Source: Barthelona sp. PCE
Lineage: Eukaryota
DNA length: 64,000 nt
Assembly (NCBI GenBank): GCA_040285745.1
Contig: JAUFOR010000005.1
Coordinates: 372,001 to 436,000, forward strand
Direction of reading: 5' to 3'
Positions 22,701 to 32,968 of the stretch are shown here, piece by piece (the first letter of the stretch is position 1; each line of letters begins with the position of its first letter). The notes under the pieces were generated by a model. It did not search any database, had not been told where the DNA came from, and saw only the letters and a program-made list of their open reading frames with translations. Both the position numbers and the translations under genes were made by a program.

Positions 22701-25118
22701 GTAACCCATTGTATAAGGCCTGTCTCCTCATTTATAAAAAAAAGAAAAAAAATAAAAAATGATTAATTGCCTACTTCCAAAAAAAAAGTATAAATATTAG
22801 TAATTCCTGTATGAAACATTGGAAAGTTCAATTAAAAAAATCTAAAACTTCAATTACGTGCGCAGTATGCCCGTGTCACGAAAACCCGTGCTCGTCCACA
22901 CTGAAACAGCCGATTTATATGCTTCAACAGCCACTGAGTTGTAGTCAAACAAGGTTGCACTGAATAAAAAATAACAGCCCAATGCCGTCCAAACTGTTGC
23001 CCTCTTCGCCAAAGTGCCCGTCCTCGCTGCTGTGATGCCCGTGGGAATTTTGAGTGATCCGTGAAAACGGTGATAAAACAAAATGCGAAATGTTCATGCT
23101 GTGCCACTACGATGTGAGGCCCTGTTGTTGTCTTAAGGTCCGACCAGCTTGCTTAGTGCGTTTTGAGCGGGTAAATTGGTTTTCAGTACAACATGTCGAT
23201 ACAACGCTTTATCTATCTGTTGTTAATGTGTACTCGGATTTCCTGTTATTAATGTGTACTCAGATTTCCTGCATTCAAGAGCATGACGTAAGACCCTGTG
23301 GGTGGTCAATGTGATCAACGGCACACCTCGTCGGCTAAAACGGCATTTCAGCCATGCACTACACAGGAGGGATTGCCGGTATGCAATATTCAGTAGCATT
23401 TATTTTCAAGCAGTGCTTTTGAGTTATATATAGTACAGTAACTGTGTGTGCGTATATGATTAAGCTATATAAGTTAATTTAGGGGTTGAAAAATTTATTG
23501 AAAAAAAAAATGTTAATTAGTAATTTTTAACTGATTTTGGGTCTCTGCCGTTTGATTATACCACTATTTTCGATATACTTAACCTCTAATTACGTGAGAT
23601 GGGGGAGAAAACTGACCGGAAATTGTGAATAACCAATACGGTACTTGACACTTTGGCTTGAACTTTTCCGTCAAATGACCATTTTAGAGATGGTACAGTT
23701 GGAGTGTGTAGCTCAGTGGTAGACTCTACCTTTTGAAAAGTTTTGGTGGAGGCAATTTGCTACTATATGTAATGCCCATAGAAAACTATGAACGATTATA
23801 AAGGATAGTAGGAGATTCTTTACAGAGATCATGGTGCCGCATACGGGCTACCATCTTCAGTTTGAAAGTCCGTACATCTCGTATTTCAATTACTAAGCAG
23901 TACAACTAGAATAAATAGGAAAACTAGTGATAACACCAGTATATGTTCAATTCCATTCTCTGTTCAAAATCAACTGCAAGATCTTCCTAACAGGGATACG
24001 ATTGTAATGTCATGCTTGTTTATCGTATTGTTATTGGATTACAGAATGTTTTCTGAAAACATTTTTTCCAATCCAAATCTTCCACCAACCTCAATATGAA
24101 GTGTAACCCATTGTATAAGGCCTGTCTCCTCATTTATAAAAAAAAAAAAATCAAAAATGATTAATTGCCTACTTCCAAAAAAAGTATAAATATTAGTAAT
24201 TCCTGTATGAAACATTGGAAAGTTCAATTAAAAAATCTAAAACTTCAATTACGTGCGCAGTATGCCCGTGTCACGAAAACCCGTGCTCGTCCACACTGAA
24301 ACAGCCGATTTATATGCTTCAACAGCCACTGAGTTGTAGTCAAACAAGGTTGCACTGAATAAAAAATAACAGCCCAATGCCGTCCAAACTGTTGCCCTCT
24401 TCGCCAAAGTGCCCGTCCTCGCTGCTGTGATGCCCGTGGGAATTTTGAGTGATCCGTGAAAACGGTGATAAAACAAAATGCGAAATGTTCATGCTGTGCC
24501 ACTACGATGTGAGGCCCTGTTGTTGTCTTAAGGTCCGACCAGCTTGCTTAGTGCGTTTTGAGCGGGTAAATTGGTTTTCAGTACAACATGTCGATACAAC
24601 GCTTTATCTATCTGTTGTTAATGTGTACTCGGATTTCCTGTTATTAATGTGTACTCAGATTTCCTGCATTCAAGAGCATGACGTAAGACCCTGTGGGTGG
24701 TCAATGTGATCAACGGCACACCTCGTCGGCTAAAACGGCATTTCAGCCATGCACTACACAGGAGGGATTGCCGGTATGCAATATTCAGTAGCATTTATTT
24801 TCAAGCAGTGCTTTTGAGTTATATATAGTACAGTAACTGTGTGTGCGTATATGATTAAGCTATATAAGTTAATTTAGGGGTTGAAAAATTTATTGAAAAA
24901 AAAAAATGTTAATTAGTAATTTTTAACTGATTTTGGGTCTCTGCCGTTTGATTATACCACTATTTTCGATATACTTAACCTCTAATTACGTGAGATGGAC
25001 GAGAAAACTGACCGGAAATTGTGAATAACCAATACGGTACTTGACACTTTGGCTTGAACTTTTCCGTCAAATGACCATTTTAGAGATGGTACAGTTGGAG
25101 TGTGTAGCTCAGTGGTAG
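16752..25118. mobile_element. Six head-to-tail non-autonomous derivatives of the 7.1-kb element (16752-18138, 18139-19527, 19528-20925, 20926-22320, 22321-23722, 23723-25118)
   Basis: Each unit shares its left ~770 bp almost identically with 25119-25888, a further ~100 bp in diverged form with ~26000-26100, and its right ~200 bp in diverged form with 32056-32255. No long ORF. Confidence 0.72.
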
Positions 25119-26168
25119 ACTCTACCTTTTGAAAAGTTTTGGTGGAGGCAATTTGCTACTATATGTAATGCCCATAGAAAACTATGAACGATTATAAAGG
25201 ATAGTAGGGAGATTCTTTACAGAGGTCATGGTACCGCATACGGGCTACCATCTTCAGTTTGAAAGTCATACATCTCGTATTTCAATTACTAAGCAGTACA
25301 ACTAGAATAAATAGGAAAACTGGTTATAACACCAGCATATGTTCTATTCCATTCTCTGTTCAAAATCAACTGCAAGATCTTCCTAACAGGGATACGATTG
25401 TAATGTCATGCTTGTTTATCGTATTGTTATTGGATTACAGAATGTTTTCTGAAATATTTTTTTCCTAATCCAAATCTTCCACCAACCTCAATATGAAGTG
25501 TAACCCATTGTATAAGGCCTGTCTCCTCATTTATAAAAAAGAAAATCAAAAATGATTAATTGCCTACTTCCAAAAAAAGTATAAATATTAGTAATTCCTG
25601 TATGAAACATTGGAAAGTTCAATTAAAAAATCTAAAACTTCAATTACGTGCGCAGTATGCCCGTGTCACGAAAACCCGTGCTCGTCCACACTGAAACAGC
25701 CGATTTATATGCTTCAACAGCCACTGAGTTGTAGTCAAACAAGGTTGCACTGAATAAAAAATAACAGCCCAATGCCGTCCAAACTGTTGCCCTCTTCGCC
25801 AAAGTGCCCGTCCTCGCTGCTGTGATGCCCGTGGGAATTTTGAGTGATCCGTGAAAACGGTGATAAAACAAAATGCGAAATGTTCATGTTATTTCTTTGT
25901 TCTCCTGTAATGACTGCTGTACTGTTGTTTAAGCTACTAATTTGACGGTTCCGACTGTATGTTTATGGTACGAAACATCCTTTTTCGAAGTGAATACTGT
26001 AACACTACGATATGATGCTTTGTGGGTGGCTTAAAGGTTTTGAAGGTCCGACTAACTTGATTAGTGTGTTTACAGCGGGGTAAATTGGTTTTCATTACAA
26101 AAACCTGTCTTCATATTTTCTTACTCTATTCCATTTTTGGTCTAGTTCTGATAGTTTATTCTGATAGC

Positions 26169-27557
26169 ATGACTGAAATGCGTGAACAAAACACTATGGA
26201 ATCGTCTATAAATGAAGATAGAAAAAATTCTGTATCAAATAGTTACTCGAGAATGGCTTCTAACCATGATTCTCCAGGTTACGGAATACGTAAGAAACTT
26301 TCTGCCTCTGTTGTTGATCAACGTCTTGAGTTAGGTGACTTGGTTCGGCAAACTTGCGAGAAGGAGAATGAGGAGTTATTTGATTCACTACCTTCTGATC
26401 GTTTTGATGAAAGTCTTGATCTTGAACGCATCCACGTGCGCATACGTAGGCATCATTCGGTGACAGGTAAGTATCTTAGTACTGCTCTTATTTCTGAACC
26501 CACTGATACTGAAATCCGCGAACGTTTTCTCCAACGTTTCATAACTCCTTCTGCCAATCCCTTTGTCATTCACACTGCTGAACTTGCCATGTGTTACGAC
26601 GAGTTTCCTGTGGGTACCACGTGCAGTGATGGTGAGTTTCATCCAGTTGCTGAAGCTGAGCATCCAGCTCTCACCGTCATCCGTGATATTGTCGGCGATG
26701 TAAGATATGGGGATGTCACTCCTGCTATGTGCTATACGATGTTACATTCGTATTTGTCTTCCGATGAAGTGAAGCAGGTGTTGAAGATTACGTTGCTCAG
26801 AAAATCAAAAGGATTCAGGGTTAGTCTCAGAAATTCTAACGATTCGACTAATCTGTGTTTCGTGGACTTCAAGCATGACAAGGAATCTGATCACTTGGAA
26901 ATGGCCCTTCGTTTTGGTAAGCTTACTGTAGACTTTGACATCATCAAGCGTAAACTTGAAGACCATGTCAATATGCGTACACTCTCTGGCAGTTACACGT
27001 TTGAATATTTATGTCAGACAATTGCTGTCATGCGTCTTCTGGCTCCTGACAAGGCTAAGTACAAAAAGAACAGTTTCCATGAGCTTTTTATGAAGCCATG
27101 TGGACATTACAGTTCTGCGTTTGATTGTACTGGTGATGATGTCGATCGTCACAAGTACATTGGGTTTTTATTACTTATGCTAACTGGTTTGGAGAAGTTC
27201 TGCATCAACAGCGGTATTGTTCACTGTGATGTTGAGACGAATTCTGTTTGTCCTAGTACTGGAGGACAATTTTTTGTCACAACAACCTCTTCTAAGAATG
27301 AAGATGATGTTCGTGTTCTCACCATCAAGACTAGAAGTGCTCTTATTGCTATCCGTACAGGGAATTTACTGTATTTGTTTGATAAGAGCAAACCATTGAG
27401 ATCATGTTTTAAAGATTGCCATGGTCATAACCCGGAGTATCCACATCCTATGATTTGTGGAACATGCTGCAATTTCTATCCTACTATTGATGGTTACGGG
27501 GCGTCGTCTACTTCTGGTATGATGGTGCCTACGTTTATGGTTACCCAAAGTAAATGA
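26169..27557 (+). CDS. Transposon accessory/cargo protein of unknown function, with a kinase-like catalytic-loop remnant
   Basis: 462 aa from ATG 26169 (track start 26064 is GTG). Contains LLLMLTGLEKFCINSGIVHCDVETN, reminiscent of kinase alphaE-HxD, and a Cys/His-rich C-terminus (CFKDCHGH..CGTCC). Confidence 0.65.
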   Translation: MTEMREQNTMESSINEDRKNSVSNSYSRMASNHDSPGYGIRKKLSASVVDQRLELGDLVRQTCEKENEELFDSLPSDRFDESLDLERIHVRIRRHHSVTGKYLSTALISEPTDTEIRERFLQRFITPSANPFVIHTAELAMCYDEFPVGTTCSDGEFHPVAEAEHPALTVIRDIVGDVRYGDVTPAMCYTMLHSYLSSDEVKQVLKITLLRKSKGFRVSLRNSNDSTNLCFVDFKHDKESDHLEMALRFGKLTVDFDIIKRKLEDHVNMRTLSGSYTFEYLCQTIAVMRLLAPDKAKYKKNSFHELFMKPCGHYSSAFDCTGDDVDRHKYIGFLLLMLTGLEKFCINSGIVHCDVETNSVCPSTGGQFFVTTTSSKNEDDVRVLTIKTRSALIAIRTGNLLYLFDKSKPLRSCFKDCHGHNPEYPHPMICGTCCNFYPTIDGYGASSTSGMMVPTFMVTQSK

Positions 27558-27630
27558 TTCTGCAATAATGTGTATTCACTACTCTTACCACAAAGCTAAG
27601 ATAAAATAGGTTTTTATTATTGTTTGTTAA

Positions 27631-30600
27631 TCAACTATCGGTTCTCTGAATCTTAAAACCGCTGCGTTCCCCTATAGTGCGTTTAACGGGGATTCCATTT
27701 ATGCACAAAAAGATGTACTGCTTAAGGGAAAAAGTAAATCCTCCAAAATCAAGCATTGTTCTGATTACGTTGTCTACGATTCCAGTTTTGGTCAACATAC
27801 CGGGAACGGTCACATTGTCGATTGTAAAGAATTCATAACCAATGGCAGTTAGCTTGAAATAATATGCAATATCTCTCAATCGCGTTAGCTTCGATGTTTC
27901 TTTGCACGTGTACTGCATAATACTATGCGCAATAACAACTTGAGGTGCCATACGAGAGAAATCCTTAATTCCTAGTGTCTGTGGACGATTAATCAATCTG
28001 GAAACTTCTGCAGAGCGCAATCCAATAGGAAAAATGGGATCGGCATTCATAAGATCAATAAATTCTTGGTGCCTGAGCGGATCGAATCGTAACCCACGAC
28101 AGGCCATAACAGCTGCAGCATCCGGCTGAAAATCGGAATCATGTTGAAGTAGCCATGCAACACGTTGTTGGATATCACTTAGTGAACGATTTCCACAGTT
28201 GAGGTTAGTCCAGCACTTGTGAATGTGGCTGGGAAAGGCATCATCTGACGCATCTGGATGTTTAACCTGAAGAAAATCCAAAGCCATAGCAACAAAACGA
28301 TTGAGCAACAAATCATCAGTATAGCTACTATCGACGTTACTGTAGACATCAGTATCAGAAGCAAAAGTTTCGGCGAGAGGTTTGTGCAACTGAATCAGGT
28401 TTTCAAAAGAAACAGACGTGATGTTAACTCTTTCACCCTTTCGAACAAGTTTGTTCCACTGCTCTGTCTTCTTCTTAAACAATCCATCACCCGAAGCATC
28501 GAAATTGTCCTTAGCTTGCTTCAGTGTCATGATTTCATTCCATTTACGTGTAAAATGTTCAAAGGAGCAAATCTTACCAGAGGACATTCTTGAAGAGATG
28601 AGATCTGTTAAGTGAAAGGCCATGTGCAAATTAGTATTCTTACCAAGAAACTTCATTATGTTAGCTGCTATTGAAGGAACAAGGACGGTATTATATTCGA
28701 TGGAGTAACTGATCTGGCCTAAATATGGTTTGGATACTGAGTAAGGCTTCAGCAGTGTGTGGAGAACTTTATCTACTGCTACAAAACGAATATCAAGATT
28801 GGCTAGAGTTCCGTGCACACGGTTCTTTCTTGTGAATATCAACTTGAATTCAATTGGAGATGGTAATAAATGAGAACCTAAAAAGGGGAGAGTAATCTCG
28901 CAGCCAGAACCAACCTTAAACATAAATTCCTTACTGGCACCAATAACGTTTAGACGACAAACGTCAACAGCAACATCACCCTCGTCAATAAAAACGGTAG
29001 AAACAACCTCAGATCTAGTATTATCAACAGCAACATTGAAAACCGTATACTCAGTGTCATCCAACAAAAAAGAGCCATTCAACTGTAAAATATGCATATC
29101 GTGACATATGGAAACAGAGTTTAAAGTCTTACTAAGAACTTTGGAAACCCCATTGTCGCGTAATCTTTTTCTGGATGCTATAACTCGATCAAAATTACAC
29201 ATCAAACCTTGTTTTTTAAAAACTGAAAGCATACTGTCAATCATCGCCTTTCTCAAATACTCTTTAGCGTAATCGTCAACTTCTAAGACAGAAGCTTCAA
29301 AACGAGTTGTATTAAGAAGAAAATTACCATTAATAAAGCTAAAGACAGTCTCTTGAGGATCGGAAGTGATCATAACATCGTCATTGATGTCGTAATTTGT
29401 GAGAAATATCGTGGCTCTACCAACTTTAAAAGCTAGAAAAGGAATATGAGAATAATGCAGCTTGAACAAAACATCTTCTGTCAAACAATGAGTACAATTA
29501 CCAAAGAAGCGGTCAACGGGATAACCAGATGCAATGAGATCCTTTGAAGTAGGGAAGATATCAGGAAGAGCAGGGAGAATACGAATAAGATTGGTACTAT
29601 CAAAGAACTCTTGAGCTTTGTCTAAAGCACGAAATGCAACATGTCTGGGAATATCCTTCCATTTTGTATCGTACCTAAGCAAGCAATCAACAACAGAAAA
29701 ACGAAACAACTTGAGAAGATCAGAAAACCAACCCATTGCAGTCTTAATGACTGAATCAGTCACTGAACATGAAATACTAGATTTAACAATCCTGTTCCTG
29801 TTTCTGGTCTCAAAAACAAAGCCCTGTCTATTTCCATCAACGAAAAGTGGTTCATAGTTCTTATCAAAAAGTTCACTCAACTGTGTGAATGCAGTATTAC
29901 GATCTGTACTGTCCTTGATGACATTATAATGAAAAGTAAGCAAAGAATGGAAGAACTGGGAGATTAAATTCAAGAATGCATATTGTTCTCCACTTAATGA
30001 CATCTCTTCAATAAACCTACCACAGTTAGCTAGATACTTAAAGTGGACAATGTTTTGCGTTTGTGAACTCTTGACTTCTGTGCTACCACCAAAAACTATC
30101 TTGGATGCAAAACCTTTCTTTAGCACATCAGTCATTGTATCTAAAGCTTTGGAAGGCTTGAGACTCCGGAAACGAGTAATTAGTAGCTCCTCAAATGATT
30201 GAAAACGAGCTAGGATTTCCTGAGTCAAAGGAGAATTCATATCAGCTGCTCTTGGATTAAAATCCTTAGAAATTTCGCCTGAAGGCTTCATCAAATCAAA
30301 TAGATCAGCACCGGTAAACTCGCTATGTATTGATATGAATGAAAAAATATCTCTTAATAAACGATAAAATAACCTCTTGTCAAAAAGAAACAAAAGAATG
30401 GACTGGATTGAATGTAAACGTATCATAGTGGTGAGAAAAGCCTCATTAAAGTGATCATTCGAGGTGATATCGGCATAACTAACATCCTTAAACAGTGTGA
30501 GAAAGTCAGTTTCATTGAGAACATAATCTTTAATACTATCTTCATCTTCCTTTACCTCGACGTTTCTGCTGACGAAATGATCCAGTTCATTTATCTTAAG

Positions 30601-31493
30601 TTTGCCAATTAAATCGACTGTCCATGAAAGAAGACTGACAACAACATGCATCAATGATTGTTTGGCATCACTTAACCCGGATAAGGAAGCAAACAGTGTT
30701 CTGAGGTCTATCTGTTTGTCTAAACGCTCAATCAACTGCGTAGATGTTAAAGAACTCAGATCACTCTGTGAATAAAAAATACCTGAATTCAAAAACGCAT
30801 GACTGATACACGCATGTGGATAAACGTTCGCTTTAAGTGGTTCTGTCATGATATCGGGGACGTCTTTACCTTCGAATAACAAAGGAAAAACTAAACTGTA
30901 ACGACGACAGATGAGCTTAATATTCTCGATAAATCCATCTTTAAAGCTGTTCATTTGGGTTAAAAACAAAATGTTTGCAGCACAACCGTCCAAAGAGACA
31001 GTAATCTTGGCATTAACTTTGTTAAAATGAAAAAAATCAAGCATAAAACGAAAAGCAACCCATAAGTGGTCAGCAGAGGTAGTTTCTATTGGGAAAAACC
31101 AGATAGGATATGAAAAAACTGTATCCTCATCGGCGTCTTCTCTTGGCCGCCAATCCGCAATTGAAAAATCAGGATATCTCTGATTAAAAGCAACCAATAA
31201 AGACTTTTTGACCATAATTGTAGCACCTACGTAATGATTAAAGCCTTTAGAAGTGCCATCAAACGTTAAGCTAATGTCCTTGTTTTCGGATATGAGGTAC
31301 TCTGACAATTTGCGAATACCATGAGCGGGTGTGCGTAAGAACTTCGCTATGTCGGCGTATCTCCGGTCCTCTATGCACTGCTTGAGATCAAAACGCTGGA
31401 AATCTACTGAGTGTTAGTTAAAAAAAAGGGTATGAAAATTTAAATACCTTGTTCCCCGTTAAGATACCTGGGAACTGTTTCACGTTGTTGCAT
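27631..31493 (-). CDS. DDE-type transposase-like protein (hAT/Dada/MULE/P/Kolobok CxxH clade), probably spliced, ~1273 aa
   Basis: RNase H-like motifs in the expected order: DISLTFDGTS..YVGATI (D at 31258-60), TTSADHL..KITVSLDGCAANI (D at 30988-90), HACISHAFLN (CxxH at 30799-30810). The track ORF starts at TTG 31308. The frame stays open to 31406, and a 41-nt GT-AG intron joins it in frame to ATG 31493. The third catalytic E was not identified. Confidence 0.72.
31407..31447 (-). other. Spliceosomal intron (41 nt) in the transposase gene
   Basis: Minus strand reads CAAG|GTATTT...TTTTTA ACTAACACTCAG|TAGATT. Removing it eliminates the in-frame TAA at 31414-16 and restores frame to ATG 31493. 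Confidence 0.75.
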
Positions 31494-32234
31494 AAGAGCT
31501 TTTCCAAAGAAGAATATATAAAAAACTAAGGGAAAGAAGATGAAAAAACTGAAAACAGGGTTCTTACCTGTTGTGACTAACGCATCTTTCCTCTGTTATT
31601 TTGTGTAAAACGTGCACATCGGTGACCCCCGAACAACAGAATAGCTTGAAATACATAACCATACATTCAGAAATGTTCTATGCCCACATGACAGTAAAAG
31701 TGTCCTTTCGCAAGCATTTAGTGTGTAACCCGAGACATGATACCCGATAAAGGTGTGTAAAAATATAAAAATACGTTCTTAGTAGTAAGTTTTTTGAAAA
31801 AGATTTACGTGCGTGCGGTGCTCGTTTACACCCGTAGACATTTGAAAAACTAGTACCATTCTAATCCCTAAATGGTTCTTATAAACTAATCATGAAACCA
31901 TTAAACGTGAAAAATTAAAATACACACACATACGTTCTATTCCCCTAAATTATCTCACAATCTATTTATGTATGAATGTACATTAGTGGTATGGCCCAAA
32001 TCAAGTTTATTTTAAACTAAGAACAATTATTAAATTTCTTTAAAAATATGAAAACTAATTAGTAATTTTTAATCGATTGTGAGTCTTTATCGTTTGATTG
32101 TACCACTATTTTCAACATACTTAACCTTTAATTACGTTAAATGGGGGAGAAAACTAACCATTAATTGTGAATAACCAATACGATACTTGACATTTTCGTT
32201 AACGCTTTTCCGTCAAAGAACCATTTTAGGGTTT

Positions 32235-32307
32235 GAGTGTGTAGCTCAGTGGTAGTAGCGCGTCGTTAGCATCGACGAGGCCGGGAGTTCGATTCTTCTC
32301 ACATTCA
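32235..32307 (+). tRNA. tRNA-Ala(AGC)
   Basis: Acceptor stem GAGTGTG/CACATTC with G3:U70 (Ala identity), anticodon arm CGTCG-TTAGCAT-CGACG, T arm GGGAG-TTCGATT-CTTCT, discriminator A. The D arm has an atypical extra T (GGTAGTAGC). Confidence 0.93.
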
Positions 32308-32312
32308 TTTTT
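32308..32312 (+). terminator. RNA polymerase III terminator (T5)
   Basis: TTTTT immediately follows the tRNA discriminator base. Confidence 0.75.
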
Positions 32313-32600
32313 GCATAGTTTTTCTATCACTTAAAATGTTGATGCATAAAATAATATTATAAGCATGTGTTTCTATATTGTTAAAATTGTTTTTATCATT
32401 TTTGACACTTTTTGTATTTGTAACTCTAAGGTTGAGAGTTCAATTTTTAATAAAGTCAACTTTTCCAAATGTTTTGCTAATATCAGTTTTTTGGAATTCA
32501 AGTCAATTTCAAAAAATTCCCTAAAATTTTATTAATAAAATTTTCCAATTGGCATCGATTTCAGCAATTTTTGTTATTGAATGATGGAAGCATGGAACTC

Positions 32601-32666
32601 ATGGGGTGGGAACTCAATTACCCGACCTCGAGCTTAGGAACTTATTCACGCCATCCAACTAGATAT
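32601..32666 (-). pseudogene. Possible degenerate tRNA-Arg(CCT) relic
   Basis: Minus strand CTAGTTGGATGGCG..TTCCTAAG..GAGGTCGGGTAATTGAGTTCCCACC shows D-loop-, CCT-anticodon- and T-arm-like words in order, but the stems do not pair properly. Confidence 0.3.
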
Positions 32667-32968
32667 CTGTCAGTAAACATGCATGTATCCGAGAGAACTC
32701 AGCCCCTGTGAAGTCACATATATTTAACTCAAAAATTGTATGAATTTCGCAAAAAATACCATACTGCATACTTTTTATAATAATAATACGTTTTTAGCTG
32801 CTTTTTGAATCATATTAATTAAGCTTTGAATGAAAACAAGATTTTAATCTAGATCTGTCTTATATACGCATTTGTTGTTCATGTTTTGAGCATGTAAAGT
32901 TAAATATATAACTGGACACATGCTGTCACAACCATTGATACATCGCAAGTTTTTTTTTCACTCTAATC

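Larger units (their letters stand above)
16290..25888. repeat. Tandem array of ~1.39-kb near-identical units (~6.9 periods)
   Basis: The 21-mer GAGTGTGTAGCTCAGTGGTAG recurs at 16731, 18118, 19507, 20905, 22300, 23702 and 25098 (periods 1387, 1389, 1398, 1395, 1402, 1396). The same short ORFs recur in the ORF track. Identity ends at 25888. Confidence 0.98.
25119..32255 (-). mobile_element. Putative autonomous tRNA-Ala-targeted DDE DNA transposon (Dada/hAT-related), ~7.1 kb, no long TIRs
   Basis: Bounded on both sides by the same 21-nt tRNA 5' fragment. Ends are homologous to the short units. Contains a transposase-like gene (-) and a convergent second ORF (+). Confidence 0.75.

Noticed and set aside
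16290-25888. CRISPR array or rDNA/5S/spliced-leader RNA array
   Set aside because: Units are ~1.39 kb and near-identical throughout, with no unique spacers and no cas genes. I recognised no rRNA, 5S or snRNA motifs; the only RNA-gene sequence is the 21-nt tRNA fragment.
25119-32255. LTR retrotransposon, Helitron or tyrosine-recombinase element
   Set aside because: No RT (YxDD) domain, HUH/helicase or R-H-R-Y motifs were recognised. The shared ends are two different sequences rather than one LTR repeated at both ends.
25119-32255. Classical hAT element with TIRs and an 8-bp TSD
   Set aside because: No terminal inverted repeat beyond the ~5-8-bp GGTAG(AG)/CTCTACC motif, and no hAT C-terminal (SERxFS) motif. 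TSD length cannot be defined because the 21-nt tRNA block is present at both ends.
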